Below, one piece after another: positions 1 through 9,625 of a stretch of DNA of 38,922 nt (position 1 is its first letter; every line of letters begins with the position of its first letter). The stretch is from a virus (lineage: Duplodnaviria > Caudoviricetes), in the IMG/VR virus record IMGVR_UViG_3300033508_000234, positions 1-38,922 of that record; one strand, 5' to 3'. The notes below the pieces were generated by a model that did not search any database, was not told where the DNA came from, and was given only the letters and a program-made list of their open reading frames with translations. Both the position numbers and the translations under genes were made by a program.

Positions 1-141
1 CGCGCCGAGGAAGCACGCCGAGCAGCCGATCAGGCCCAACGTGCCTGGCACAAATACACGCCGGAAGGCGAGTCGGCATACCTCAAAAAGAAACTGGTCG
101 GCGCGCATGGCGTGCGCTTTTCACCTTCGGGCAACGGCACC
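1..141 (+). repeat. Terminal direct repeat (circular assembly overlap), copy 1
   Basis: Identical to 38782-38922. Confidence 0.97.
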
Positions 142-2037
142 ATGGCTGTGCCGATGTTGCTCGATGGAAAGATGATCGGCCTGCAGATCATTCGTGGGCC
201 CGGGCATGGCAATAAACCGGCCAAGCAATACTGGCCTGGCGGCATGCAGAAGGTCGGCGCCTATCATCTGATCGGTGGAACGCCTGCCGGCCTGGTGCTG
301 GTGGCTGAAGGTTACGCCACTGCCGCCAGTCTGCACGAAGCAACTGGCCTGCCGGTAGCTGTGGCATTCGATGCCGGATCATTGATGCCGGTGGCCGCTG
401 CTCTATCCAAGCGTTACCGCATGGGAAAGATTCTGATCTGTGCCGATGACGACTACCTGACCGAAGGAAACCCCGGTGTCACCGCCGCACGCAACGCAGC
501 CGTCGCTGTCGGTGGTTCCTATATCGCACCAACTTTTTCCACTGATCGTGACGGAAAGAAGCTCACCGACTTCAACGACCTGCATGTGCTCGAAGGGCCG
601 CATGCCGTCCGCGAACAGATCGAAACCCACCTCCGGGTAATTGATTGGAAGCTTCCACAAGCGCGTGAAACTGCGCCCATGGGGGAGGGGGAAACTGTTG
701 TTAACGGTCGGCGCGCGGCGCTTTCAGTAATGGATCTGCTGGACGCCATTGAGCGTTACGTTCCGCTCGATGACGGTACCGGAAAATATGTTTTCGACCT
801 GTGGACCAACAAGATTGCCCTCAAGGATCAGATGATCAGCCTGCTTCCGGCTGGCGTGCGCTGGGATGATGTCAAGCGCAACAGCACCTGGATCAATCGC
901 GGGGCGTATTTTCTTGATGAAGTTGGCTTCGATCCATCGGGTGATGACAGGATTGTCAAACTCAACACCTGGAAGGGTTGGCCGATGCAGCCGAAAGAAG
1001 GCTGCTGCGACCGTTTGCTCGAGCTGATTGCTTACATGTGCAACGGCGAGGCCAATCATCGCGAGGTTTATCACTGGCTGCTGTGCTGGATGGCTTACCC
1101 GCTACAGCACCCGGGCGCCAAGATGTCGAGCGCCGTGATCATGCACGGCCCACAGGGCACCGGTAAATCCACCATCTTCCAGACTCTGGCCAAGATCTAC
1201 GGCGATTATTCGACCATCCTCAACCAGCGCGGCCTGGAGGATAAATTCAACGCCGACTGGTCAGACTCAAAGCTTTTTATCCTGGCTGAAGAAGTCGTCA
1301 CCCGGGCGGAAATGTGGCACATCAAAAACGAGCTCAAGGAACTGATTACCGGCGAGTGGATTCGCGTCAATCCGAAGAACATTGCCGCCTATCGCCAGCG
1401 CAACCAGGTGAATGTTGCCTTCCTGTCGAACGAAAACCAGCCGCTTCCGATTGAAAACGATGACCGCCGGCATTGCGTGATCTGGACCCCACCGCAGCTC
1501 ACGCCTGAATACTACGATCAGGTGTTTGACGAACTTGAACGCGGCGGCGTTGAGGCCTTTTATCACTACCTGCTCAATTACGACCTGAAAGATTTTCACC
1601 CCAAGAAGCGCCCGCCGATGACCGAGGCCAAGAAATCCTTGATCGCGCTGTCGCTACCCAGCGAGCACCGCTTCATCAACGAATGGATCAACGGCGATAC
1701 CGACTGGCCGATCTGCCCTGGTCTGGCCAGTGACGTTTATTCCGCCTATCTCAAGTGGTGTCGCGCCAATGGCGAAGCCCGGCCACGGGCGTCAAACATG
1801 TTTCACGGCGCGGTGTCTCGGTTGCCTGGATGGGAAAAGAAGCGCGCCCGCTGCTATGCCGATCTGCACTGCACCGGAAAAACCGAGCCCAAGGTTTTCA
1901 TCATCCCACCGAAGGATGTACTGCAAACCGCTGGCACGGCGATGAAAGAAAACGACGATCCGGCCAAGTGGCTGACCGAGTGCCTGTTTGAATTTTCCAA
2001 CAGCAGCAGCGAAAAAGGCGAGCGATGGGCCGCTTAA
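1..2037 (+). CDS. Primase-helicase (Toprim + SF3/D5-like helicase), 3' part; full gene 38443..38781+1..2037, about 791 aa
   Basis: Toprim motifs VAEGYATA, CADDD and TDFND. Walker A GPQGTGKS, Walker B FILAEE and motif C FLSN. Frame is open from base 1 and continuous with the ATG at 38443. Confidence 0.9.
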   Translation, partial: RAEEARRAADQAQRAWHKYTPEGESAYLKKKLVGAHGVRFSPSGNGTMAVPMLLDGKMIGLQIIRGPGHGNKPAKQYWPGGMQKVGAYHLIGGTPAGLVLVAEGYATAASLHEATGLPVAVAFDAGSLMPVAAALSKRYRMGKILICADDDYLTEGNPGVTAARNAAVAVGGSYIAPTFSTDRDGKKLTDFNDLHVLEGPHAVREQIETHLRVIDWKLPQARETAPMGEGETVVNGRRAALSVMDLLDAIERYVPLDDGTGKYVFDLWTNKIALKDQMISLLPAGVRWDDVKRNSTWINRGAYFLDEVGFDPSGDDRIVKLNTWKGWPMQPKEGCCDRLLELIAYMCNGEANHREVYHWLLCWMAYPLQHPGAKMSSAVIMHGPQGTGKSTIFQTLAKIYGDYSTILNQRGLEDKFNADWSDSKLFILAEEVVTRAEMWHIKNELKELITGEWIRVNPKNIAAYRQRNQVNVAFLSNENQPLPIENDDRRHCVIWTPPQLTPEYYDQVFDELERGGVEAFYHYLLNYDLKDFHPKKRPPMTEAKKSLIALSLPSEHRFINEWINGDTDWPICPGLASDVYSAYLKWCRANGEARPRASNMFHGAVSRLPGWEKKRARCYADLHCTGKTEPKVFIIPPKDVLQTAGTAMKENDDPAKWLTECLFEFSNSSSEKGERWAA

Positions 2038-2055
2038 ACCCCATAAAACGCACCC

Positions 2056-2322
2056 TGTTCAGGGTTTGTTCAGGGAACCCTGAACAGGTTAAAGCCATGA
2101 ACGGCATGCCTGTTCAGGGTGTTCAGGGTGTTCAGGGTTCATGCGCCCGTGCGCGAGTGTGTGTATGTGCGCCATGCTCGCGCACGCTTTACGTCAACAT
2201 ATTACTCACGTGTACACGCAGGAGAAGAACCCTGAACACCCTGAACAGCACTGGTACGACTGGTATCAACCTGTTCAGGGTTCCCTGAACAGACCCTGAA
2301 CAGACACCTTGAACCCTGAACA
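2056..2322. repeat. Iteron array (12 x TGTTCAGGG, 6 per strand) arranged as a large palindrome; probable replication origin
   Basis: Forward copies at 2056, 2067, 2111, 2120, 2129 and 2272. Reverse copies at 2078, 2230, 2239, 2283, 2294 and 2314. Perfect 24-bp inverted repeat at 2067-2090/2268-2291. Lies directly after the primase-helicase. Confidence 0.8.
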
Positions 2323-2333
2323 GACCTGAAAAA

Positions 2334-2921
2334 ATGACCACACTACACTTCTCCTCTTACGCCATACACCGGAATTGCTCGCCGGGCTACATCACCAAGC
2401 TTCGCCACGAAGGCCGGCTGGTGCTGGTTAATGGCCTGGTGGATGTTGAAGCCAGCGACCGGATGATCGAACAGACCGCCGGAAACCGCGACGACGTATC
2501 ACGCCGGCACGCACAATCGCTCCACGTTGAGCAAACGGGAAGTGGTGAAGGTGTTGGTATAGGCAGTAAAGAAAAAAAAGCGCCTGCAGCGCCTGCGCAA
2601 AACAGGAAGGGCGGAAATGCGCTGGCACAATCCCGACTGACGCAGGAAGAATTCAAGGCCAAGCGCATGCAGCTCGAATTCGAGATCCTGGATGGAAAGC
2701 ACATTCCGCTGGAAACCTGCCTGACGGCGATGCGCTTCATCGGTGGCGCCGTGCGTGCCGCGCTGGAAGTATTCCCAGACCAGACCGCGCCACTGGTTGC
2801 TCCGGTCACCAACCTCGCAGAGATCCACGAAATACTCACCCAGTCCACACGCGATGCGCTGCATGGTGTTGGCGAGGAAATTAAACGGCAGGAAGCTGAA
2901 CTTACAAGGGATAAATCATGA
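2334..2921 (+). CDS. terS: Terminase small subunit (gpNu1-like)
   Basis: N-terminal wHTH-like segment (FSSYA..SPGYITKLRHEGRLV), coiled-coil C-terminal half, and position upstream of the gpA-type terL. Confidence 0.75.
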   Translation: MTTLHFSSYAIHRNCSPGYITKLRHEGRLVLVNGLVDVEASDRMIEQTAGNRDDVSRRHAQSLHVEQTGSGEGVGIGSKEKKAPAAPAQNRKGGNALAQSRLTQEEFKAKRMQLEFEILDGKHIPLETCLTAMRFIGGAVRAALEVFPDQTAPLVAPVTNLAEIHEILTQSTRDALHGVGEEIKRQEAELTRDKS

Positions 2922-3262
2922 TCGTTGGATACAGGGTGGCTGTTGATTCAGTGCGGGCTCATCGACAAAGGTTTAGCCAATGCACAAAACTGGAACTTTC
3001 AGTCAATCCGTTTATTACTTCGTTGAGGAAAAATAGATTCAAACGCGCGCACTCTGGATACAGGATTCCAAATCAAAGAAGGGCATATCAAGCCATGAAC
3101 GTTTGCGGCCGACGCATTTGGGCAGATAAGCCGCGATTTTTCTGCGACATGAAATGGCTGGCAAATCGTGCGACGGTTGAAAAATTCATTGCATGGACGG
3201 AGATCATGCGGAAGCAAGCAGAACTGATGAAAGGGGAAGAAAGTGAAAATGTCCCGTTTTGA
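2918..3262 (+). CDS. Hypothetical basic protein
   Basis: ATGA overlap with the terS stop; 114 aa ORF; more AT-rich than its neighbours. Confidence 0.55.
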   Translation: MIVGYRVAVDSVRAHRQRFSQCTKLELSVNPFITSLRKNRFKRAHSGYRIPNQRRAYQAMNVCGRRIWADKPRFFCDMKWLANRATVEKFIAWTEIMRKQAELMKGEESENVPF

Positions 3263-3464
3263 AATTACTAGAAGACGTCGAGGCCGTGGTCCGGGTATGG
3301 AACACATTTATCGATCCGATATTGTCATCTTTTATACCAATGGGCGTCTGGCTTGCGGGTTACGTGGCCCAGTTTTTCGGAGCGGACTGGAAAAGAAAAA
3401 AATGAAACGCCGTCATCGGGTATGGCCGAATTTCCGTCCTCTTTGCGATAAACATCCTTTTTAA
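3249..3464 (+). CDS. Hypothetical small Arg/Lys-rich protein
   Basis: ATG at 3249 after a purine-rich tract; stop overlaps the terL ATG (TAATG). Confidence 0.5.
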   Translation: MSRFEITRRRRGRGPGMEHIYRSDIVIFYTNGRLACGLRGPVFRSGLEKKKMKRRHRVWPNFRPLCDKHPF

Positions 3465-5305
3465 TGACCAGCAAATTAACCCACTGCCTAACCGTCGCTT
3501 GGCGCGCCATGGCCCAACGGACGCCACTATCGGTGTCCGAGTGGGCGGACGAACATCGCCAGCTGACCGGCAAGCAGTCAGGAGAGCGCGGGCCGTGGCG
3601 CACACGGCGCACGCCGTTCCTGAAGGAAATCATGGATTGCCTGTCGGTCAATAGCCGGGTGGGGAATATCGTGGTGATGAAATCCTCACAGGTCGGCGTC
3701 ACCGAGGCCACGGTCAATTTCATTGGCTACACCATCGACCACGCCCCGGCGCCGATGATGGTCCTGCTTCCGACGATTGACGCCCGCGATTCCTGGAAGG
3801 CACAGAAACTCAATCCTCTACTGCTAGAAACACCGGTGGTGCGCGACATCCTCGGTGGCCAGCGCTCGCGCGATGCCGCCAACCGGCAGGACATGATTGA
3901 CTTCCCTGGTGGCGTGTTGTTTCTGGCCGGCGGTAATTCGCCGAACTCCTACGCGCAGCGCTCGGTGCGCACCATCATCATGGACGACCTTGACCGCTTC
4001 CCGCCGGAAGTGGGCAGTGAGGGCGATCCGGTAAAGCTGGCTGAAGGACGCACCAAGGCCTTCGCCAGATCCAAGCGCATGCTGATCAGCACGCCGACGG
4101 TCTCCGGCGAATCGCTGATCGAGCGCGAGTGGGACAAAAGCGACCAGCGCCGTTACCACATGCCGTGTCCGCATTGTGATGCGCTGCAGGCGCTTGAGTG
4201 GGGGAGCCCTGAGACCACGCACGGCATCAAGTGGAGCAAGATCGACGGCGAAGTGATCGCTGCCTGGTATGTCTGCAACGCCTGCGGGCGCGAGATCAAC
4301 GAACATCACAAGCCGAAGATGCTGGCCGAAGGCCGCTGGATCGCCGAGCACCCAGCGCGCCACATTCGCGGCTACCACCTCACCGCGCTGATGGCGCCCA
4401 TAGGGCTTGGGCCTTCATGGATTGACTTGGCCAAGGAATGGCAAGATGCCATCAAATCGCCGGGCACCCTGCGCACCTTCATCAACACGCACCTGGGCGA
4501 ACCATGGATCGAGAAGGGTGATCACGTCGATCCAACCAGCCTGATCTCGCGTTGTGAAGACTTTGACGAACTGCTGTGCCAGATCCCGAAAGCCCTGATC
4601 CGAACCGCCGGGGCCGACGTGCAGAAAGACCGCATCGAATGCACCATCATTGACTGGCATACTGGTGAAGAAGCCTATGTGATGGAACACCTGATCGTGC
4701 CAGGCGATACCGCCCAGCCAGAAGTCTGGGCACGCTTTGCCGAAGAAATCGGCACTTGGAACATCGCGGCTCTGGCCGTCGATAGCGGCTACAACACCAG
4801 CATGGTCTATGCGTTTGTGGAAAAACGGCGCTGGGCGGTGGCTGTCAAAGGTGTGCCAGGATCAGGCCGTCCGCTGGTCGAAGATGAAAAAGCACGTCGG
4901 CAGCGCCTGCGCCGGCAACGCAAAAAAGGAATCACCGTGCACATGGTCGGCGATGACCAGGCCAAGGCGTTGATCTACTCGCGCCTGAAAATCACCGAGG
5001 CCGGCCCGGGCTACATTCACTTCCCACGCGATCCGGCCTTCGATGATGAGTACTTCGCCCAGCTTACAGCTGAAAAACTGGTCACTAAGATACGCGGCAC
5101 CCGGCCCTATGTGGAGTGGGTGCAGACGCGACCACGCAATGAGACGCTGGATTGCTTCAAGTACGCACTGGCGGCCTTGCGGTTATACGGCGCGGATCTC
5201 AAAAAATTAGCCGAAATCAGAAATAACGAAACACCCGCTGAAACAACAGGCGCTTCAAACTGGCGTGGAATTCCTCGCCGCCGTGTTGTGCAAGCTATCC
5301 GTTAG
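3464..5305 (+). CDS. terL: Terminase large subunit, lambda gpA family
   Basis: GPWRTRRTPF, Walker A KSSQVGVTE, Walker B IIMDDLD, ISTPT, CPHC/CNAC Zn motifs, GADVQ, VDSG and RNETLDC. Confidence 0.95.
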   Translation: MTSKLTHCLTVAWRAMAQRTPLSVSEWADEHRQLTGKQSGERGPWRTRRTPFLKEIMDCLSVNSRVGNIVVMKSSQVGVTEATVNFIGYTIDHAPAPMMVLLPTIDARDSWKAQKLNPLLLETPVVRDILGGQRSRDAANRQDMIDFPGGVLFLAGGNSPNSYAQRSVRTIIMDDLDRFPPEVGSEGDPVKLAEGRTKAFARSKRMLISTPTVSGESLIEREWDKSDQRRYHMPCPHCDALQALEWGSPETTHGIKWSKIDGEVIAAWYVCNACGREINEHHKPKMLAEGRWIAEHPARHIRGYHLTALMAPIGLGPSWIDLAKEWQDAIKSPGTLRTFINTHLGEPWIEKGDHVDPTSLISRCEDFDELLCQIPKALIRTAGADVQKDRIECTIIDWHTGEEAYVMEHLIVPGDTAQPEVWARFAEEIGTWNIAALAVDSGYNTSMVYAFVEKRRWAVAVKGVPGSGRPLVEDEKARRQRLRRQRKKGITVHMVGDDQAKALIYSRLKITEAGPGYIHFPRDPAFDDEYFAQLTAEKLVTKIRGTRPYVEWVQTRPRNETLDCFKYALAALRLYGADLKKLAEIRNNETPAETTGASNWRGIPRRRVVQAIR

Positions 5306-5314
5306 GAGATCTCA

Positions 5315-5584
5315 ATGGCAGACATCGTTACCGACATCGCCCAGCGTTTAAAAACAATCATTCCTGGATTCAATGATTCCCATGCTGCCGATTTTGAGAA
5401 GTGGGTACGCCATGAATACGGAAAAGAACGCCACTACATCAGCGCCAATGGCGAAGTCGACCGGGAGTTGAGTGCGCGCAACCGTGCCATCATCAGCGAT
5501 TTCAAAAAAGGAGAACGGGTTGGTTTTCTGTCAAGAAAACATAAACTGAGCCGTCAGCGCATCTGGCAGATCATCAACGGGTAA
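5315..5584 (+). CDS. Mor/C-family transcriptional activator (late gene regulator)
   Basis: YGKERHYI...RNRAI...LSRKHKLSRQRIWQII pattern with a C-terminal HTH; AGGAG RBS. Confidence 0.75.
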   Translation: MADIVTDIAQRLKTIIPGFNDSHAADFEKWVRHEYGKERHYISANGEVDRELSARNRAIISDFKKGERVGFLSRKHKLSRQRIWQIING

Positions 5585-5607
5585 AACCTCTGCCTTAACC
5601 GCTTGAC
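5581..5607 (+). promoter_or_regulatory. Putative late-promoter/activator site, copy 1 (GTAAAACCTCTGCCTTAACCGCTTGAC)
   Basis: 26/27 identical to 9921-9947; both copies lie directly upstream of structural gene starts. Confidence 0.7.
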
Positions 5608-5630
5608 TTAACATGCCGCATTCTTGCGGC

Positions 5631-6194
5631 ATGGCTCAAACCGTACCCAACTGCGAACCGACCCGCATTACGGCCGGCGACACTATCGCGTGGACGCGAT
5701 CACTGGCCGATTTCCCTGCTTCGGCAGGTTGGGTGCTCAGTTATCGCTTGATCAATGCGCTGGTCAAGATCGACATTACTGCCGCTGCATCTGGCGATGA
5801 TCATGCGGTCAGCGTAAGCGCTGCTACAAGTGCAGGCTATACCTCAGGTAAATACGCCTGGCAGGCAGTAGTTACAAAAACAACGGAGCGCTACACCGTT
5901 GGCACTGGGGCGTTAGTCATTGATCCGAATCTAGCCGCCGAGGCCTCTGGATATGACACACGCAGCAGTGCACAGAAATGCCTGGATGATCTCGATACGG
6001 CGCTAGCTACCTATGGCAACAAAGCCTACACGGTCGAATATGAGATTGCCGGACGGAGGATGAAATTTGCCAGTCCTGGTGATTTTATTTCTTTCCGCAG
6101 CAAGATTCAGGCTGAAGTGGCCCGCGAAAAATCCGCCGCCCGCATCGCTGCCGGCGAGTCGCCACGCAATAAACTTCTTGTGAGGTTTCAATGA
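5631..6194 (+). CDS. Head-tail adaptor (gpW-like C-terminus with N-terminal extension)
   Basis: EPTRITAGDT..W N-terminus and VEYEIAGRRM C-terminal motif; sits between terL and portal. ATG 5631 preferred over 5613. Confidence 0.7.
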   Translation: MAQTVPNCEPTRITAGDTIAWTRSLADFPASAGWVLSYRLINALVKIDITAAASGDDHAVSVSAATSAGYTSGKYAWQAVVTKTTERYTVGTGALVIDPNLAAEASGYDTRSSAQKCLDDLDTALATYGNKAYTVEYEIAGRRMKFASPGDFISFRSKIQAEVAREKSAARIAAGESPRNKLLVRFQ

Positions 6195-7996
6195 GCCTAT
6201 GGAAACGTATGGCAGGCGTGTTCAATACGCAGCCGGCGCAGATGTATCGTCAGCCGCATTCACGGGCTTTTTCTGCAGCTCGCGTTGACCGATTTACCGC
6301 AGGCTGGCAAGCCACTACGCAAAGCATCAATAGCGAACTGAAAACTGACCTTAATGCCCTACGTGCGAGATCACGGGATCTTGCCAAGAATAATGATTAC
6401 GCAAAAAAATTCGTTAAGTTGGTCGAAACGAATGTTGTTGGCCCAAATGGATTCAACTTTCAGGCACGGGTAGAGGATCGTCCTGGGCAACAGGATACGC
6501 TAGCCAATAATGCTATCGAATCTGCATTTTACCGCTGGGCCAAGCGTGGGTCATGTGAGATCACCGGGCGCATGAGTTTTACCGGATTGCAGCGCGCCAT
6601 CATCAGCTCGTTGGCTAAGGACGGCGAATACCTGGTACGAAAGGTGCGCGGTAAAGAAACAGGAAATTCATTTGGTTACGCACTGCAGATTCTCGACATC
6701 GACCGGTTGGACACTCAGCACAATGAAACGCCTGCTAATGGTCGCAACGCGGTGATCATGGGTATCGAGGTTGATAAATACCGTCGCCCGGTAGCCTATT
6801 CAATATTTACCAGCCACCCGAATGACGGAGTGGATGGAAGCCGCCAGCGAGAGCGGGTTCCGGCCTCTGAAATCTTCCACGACTTCCTGCCCGAGAACGC
6901 CGAACAACTGCGTGGTATTCCTTGGATGAGCGCTGCCATTCTAAGCCTGCATCACCTTGGAAAATTTGAAGAATCTGCGCTGATTGCCGCGCGAAAGGGC
7001 GCAGACACGCTTGGATTTTTTGTCAGCCCGGATGGGCAGCCGCCGGCGGTTGGCGGTGAGGACGCCAGTGGTGACCCGATTACCGTCAGCGTGGCTGGAA
7101 GTTACGATACCCTTCCTGAAGGCTATGACTTTAAGCCCTACGATACCCGCTACCCGGACGCCATGCTCGGGCAGTTTTGCAAAAACTATTTGCGCCGCAT
7201 CTCTAGCGGCCTAAATGTCGCCTACAACGGCCTTGCCAACGATCTCGAAGGCGTTAATTTCTCCAGTATTCGTAGCGGTGTTATCGATGAGCGTGATCAA
7301 TGGATGACCCTTCAGGGCTGGTTCATTGAATCTTTTTTGATTCCGGTATTTGAAGAGTGGCTAGGCATGGCATTGCTTTCTGGCGTTGTGACCATGCCAA
7401 ATGGCAGCGCCCTTCCGGCCGGAAAGCGCGATAAGTTTAGTGCCCATCAATGGCAGGGTCGTCGCTGGCAGTGGGTTGATCCGGTTAAGGACATCGAGGC
7501 TAGCCTGACCGCCATTCGCGCCGGATTGGCTGATCCATACACTGTGGCCAGCCAAATGGGTGTCGACCTTGAAGACGTGATCGCTGCCATAGCCCGCGCC
7601 AATAAAGCCGCTGAGTCAGCTGGGCTACAACCTTACAGTACTACCCCGCCAACACCGCAAGCAATGGCCCCTTCCGATCCACCTCCGGTTGAAGACAAAG
7701 CTGCGCACATCACCATCAACGCTCCAGTGACCGTTCACACGCCAGAGATTCGCAACGAGATCAACGTACCAGAGCGTGAAGTTAATCTTGAGGCGTCAAT
7801 CAATGTGCCCGAGCGCAGCGTCACGCTGGAAGCGCAAATAAATGTGCCTCCAGGCACTACTGAAATACGCAATGAAATAACTGTTCCACCGGCTCAGGTA
7901 GAAATTCAATCTGCTCCAGTTGCAAGCGAGGAAATCATCGAGCGCGATGCACAGGGCGAAATGACGCGCATTGTTCGCCGTTCAATTAAGGAGTAA
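6191..7996 (+). CDS. Portal protein, lambda family, with repetitive C-terminal extension
   Basis: LRARSRDLAKNNDYA, QLRGIPW, VNFSSIRSG and WVDPVKD motifs. Confidence 0.93.
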   Translation: MSLWKRMAGVFNTQPAQMYRQPHSRAFSAARVDRFTAGWQATTQSINSELKTDLNALRARSRDLAKNNDYAKKFVKLVETNVVGPNGFNFQARVEDRPGQQDTLANNAIESAFYRWAKRGSCEITGRMSFTGLQRAIISSLAKDGEYLVRKVRGKETGNSFGYALQILDIDRLDTQHNETPANGRNAVIMGIEVDKYRRPVAYSIFTSHPNDGVDGSRQRERVPASEIFHDFLPENAEQLRGIPWMSAAILSLHHLGKFEESALIAARKGADTLGFFVSPDGQPPAVGGEDASGDPITVSVAGSYDTLPEGYDFKPYDTRYPDAMLGQFCKNYLRRISSGLNVAYNGLANDLEGVNFSSIRSGVIDERDQWMTLQGWFIESFLIPVFEEWLGMALLSGVVTMPNGSALPAGKRDKFSAHQWQGRRWQWVDPVKDIEASLTAIRAGLADPYTVASQMGVDLEDVIAAIARANKAAESAGLQPYSTTPPTPQAMAPSDPPPVEDKAAHITINAPVTVHTPEIRNEINVPEREVNLEASINVPERSVTLEAQINVPPGTTEIRNEITVPPAQVEIQSAPVASEEIIERDAQGEMTRIVRRSIKE

Positions 7997-8000
7997 CACC

Positions 8001-8438
8001 ATGTCCAAGAGTAATGCTACCGAGAACGACTTCGTAAAGTTCGTATTCAACAACGTGGCGATGCCAAGCTATGGCGCGACACTGCAACTCAACTTCCACA
8101 CGGCTGACCCCGGCGAGGCTGGGACGGCGACAACCTTTGAGCCGACGGCGACCAACTACGTGGCACAGACAGTTTCTCGCGACGGGGCAGGTTGGGTGAT
8201 CTGTGATTCCGATGGAACTCCGAATGCGGACGGAGCCTGTGCCAAGAGTGCAGTGACTGTCACCTTCCCAGAGATTGAATCAGGCTTTGCCGGAACTGAG
8301 ACTTGGACACACGGTTCTGTTTCTGTGATTGCAACCGGCCAGATCTTGTACTCCGGCGCACTCACGCAGCCAATCATAACTTCGGCGCTCTCAACTCCGC
8401 TATTCCCTGCTGGCACCGTTCTTTTCAGAGAGGAATAA
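8001..8438 (+). CDS. Putative virion structural protein (fibre/appendage base-like)
   Basis: AAGGAG RBS before ATG 8001; HTADPGEAG and GQILYSGAL motifs seen in small beta-rich virion proteins. Confidence 0.6.
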   Translation: MSKSNATENDFVKFVFNNVAMPSYGATLQLNFHTADPGEAGTATTFEPTATNYVAQTVSRDGAGWVICDSDGTPNADGACAKSAVTVTFPEIESGFAGTETWTHGSVSVIATGQILYSGALTQPIITSALSTPLFPAGTVLFREE

Positions 8439-8441
8439 GAC

Positions 8442-9059
8442 ATGGCTGAGTCATTTATTGCCCTGCCGCCAGACAGTACAGGCAAGAAGCTTCGAACCAG
8501 AGACAAGGTTATCGGGGCCAATACCGTCCATGAGCAGGCCGTGTTTAGTGCATCCCTGCCGACATTCTTTGTTCTGGCTGATGCCGTAGCCTTTGCCGCG
8601 AACAAGCATCATTTAAGCATTATGAACACGGCAGGCAGTGGGAAGGTTATTGCTATTAGAAAGCTGTATCAGATCAATCTGGCTTTGGCTGGCGTTACAG
8701 GCGCGGCAATCAGGTTTGATATGAAGAAGGCCACGGCTCTCTCGGCTGGAACAGCGATCACGCCACAGTCATGTGACTCTGATGACACTTTCCCTGCTGG
8801 AATTACCGTTGCAACAGGCGGCACTGTTACAGAAGGCGCTCTCCTGTTTCCGTATACTTGCGCGAATGATGAGGTTACGGCGGCTAATACCGCAGTTGCT
8901 AACTTCCTCAGTGCTGGCTTCAATTGGATGCCGGAAGGTCAGGAAATTAAAGAATATCGCTTGCGTCCGGGCGAAGGTTTCACAATCAAGCAAATCACTA
9001 GCAACACAGTAGGCTCATTCGCGTGGCTTGCTGTTATTACTGTGGATGCTGATGTATAA
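8442..9059 (+). CDS. Putative virion structural protein
   Basis: PPDSTGKK N-terminus, LRPGEG near the C-terminus, Ala/Thr/Gly-rich; GAGGA RBS. Confidence 0.6.
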   Translation: MAESFIALPPDSTGKKLRTRDKVIGANTVHEQAVFSASLPTFFVLADAVAFAANKHHLSIMNTAGSGKVIAIRKLYQINLALAGVTGAAIRFDMKKATALSAGTAITPQSCDSDDTFPAGITVATGGTVTEGALLFPYTCANDEVTAANTAVANFLSAGFNWMPEGQEIKEYRLRPGEGFTIKQITSNTVGSFAWLAVITVDADV

Positions 9060-9625
9060 TGCCAGCCGGAGCCTTTGCCCACTTCCATAACTATGGGCCG
9101 GCCACTGCCTGTCTGGTGGTAGATGATGCAGCCGGGATGGTGCAGGCGACAGCCAGCCGGCTTATATCCCCGGAGCTATCGGTTGTTGGCACTGGAACTG
9201 TTCAAGTTATGCGTCCGTATCGAGGTTACGCGGCAAGACTCTCGGTATCTGGCGACAGCTTCGCGGCAATTACTCCGCACCAGTTGATGAAGGTCAAGAT
9301 GACCGTCAATGTCGGTGCCGTGCCTTCAGCCGAAGACATTGCTCAATCAATTTGGAATAGTACCGCGTCGAAATACAACTACGCCAACACGATGGGCAAC
9401 AAACTTAACGCAGCCGGATCAGGGGGTGTGGATTACACGGCTCTCGGTGTCGCAGTGTGGAATTCTGTAACGCGTACTTTGACTTCAGGTGGGGGTAGCG
9501 CGCCTACGGCTGCGGAGATTGTCTCTGCGATTGAAGCTGCAGTCGTTCCAGTCAATATCAAGCAGGTCAACGATGTAACAATTAAAGGAGTAGGGGCCGT
9601 AGGCAACGAATGGGGTCCGGTGTAA
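9059..9625 (+). CDS. Putative virion structural protein
   Basis: TAATG coupling; repeated PSAEDIAQSIWN / AVWNSVTRTLT / PTAAEIV units; C-terminal VNDVTIKGVG..W. Confidence 0.6.
   Translation: MPAGAFAHFHNYGPATACLVVDDAAGMVQATASRLISPELSVVGTGTVQVMRPYRGYAARLSVSGDSFAAITPHQLMKVKMTVNVGAVPSAEDIAQSIWNSTASKYNYANTMGNKLNAAGSGGVDYTALGVAVWNSVTRTLTSGGGSAPTAAEIVSAIEAAVVPVNIKQVNDVTIKGVGAVGNEWGPV

Noticed and set aside
2025-2288. 87-aa ORF with VQGVQGVQG repeat
   Set aside because: It is a translation of the iteron array and better explained as non-coding.
2056-2322. CRISPR array
   Set aside because: Repeats are 9 bp, in both orientations, and lack regular unique spacers; no cas genes.
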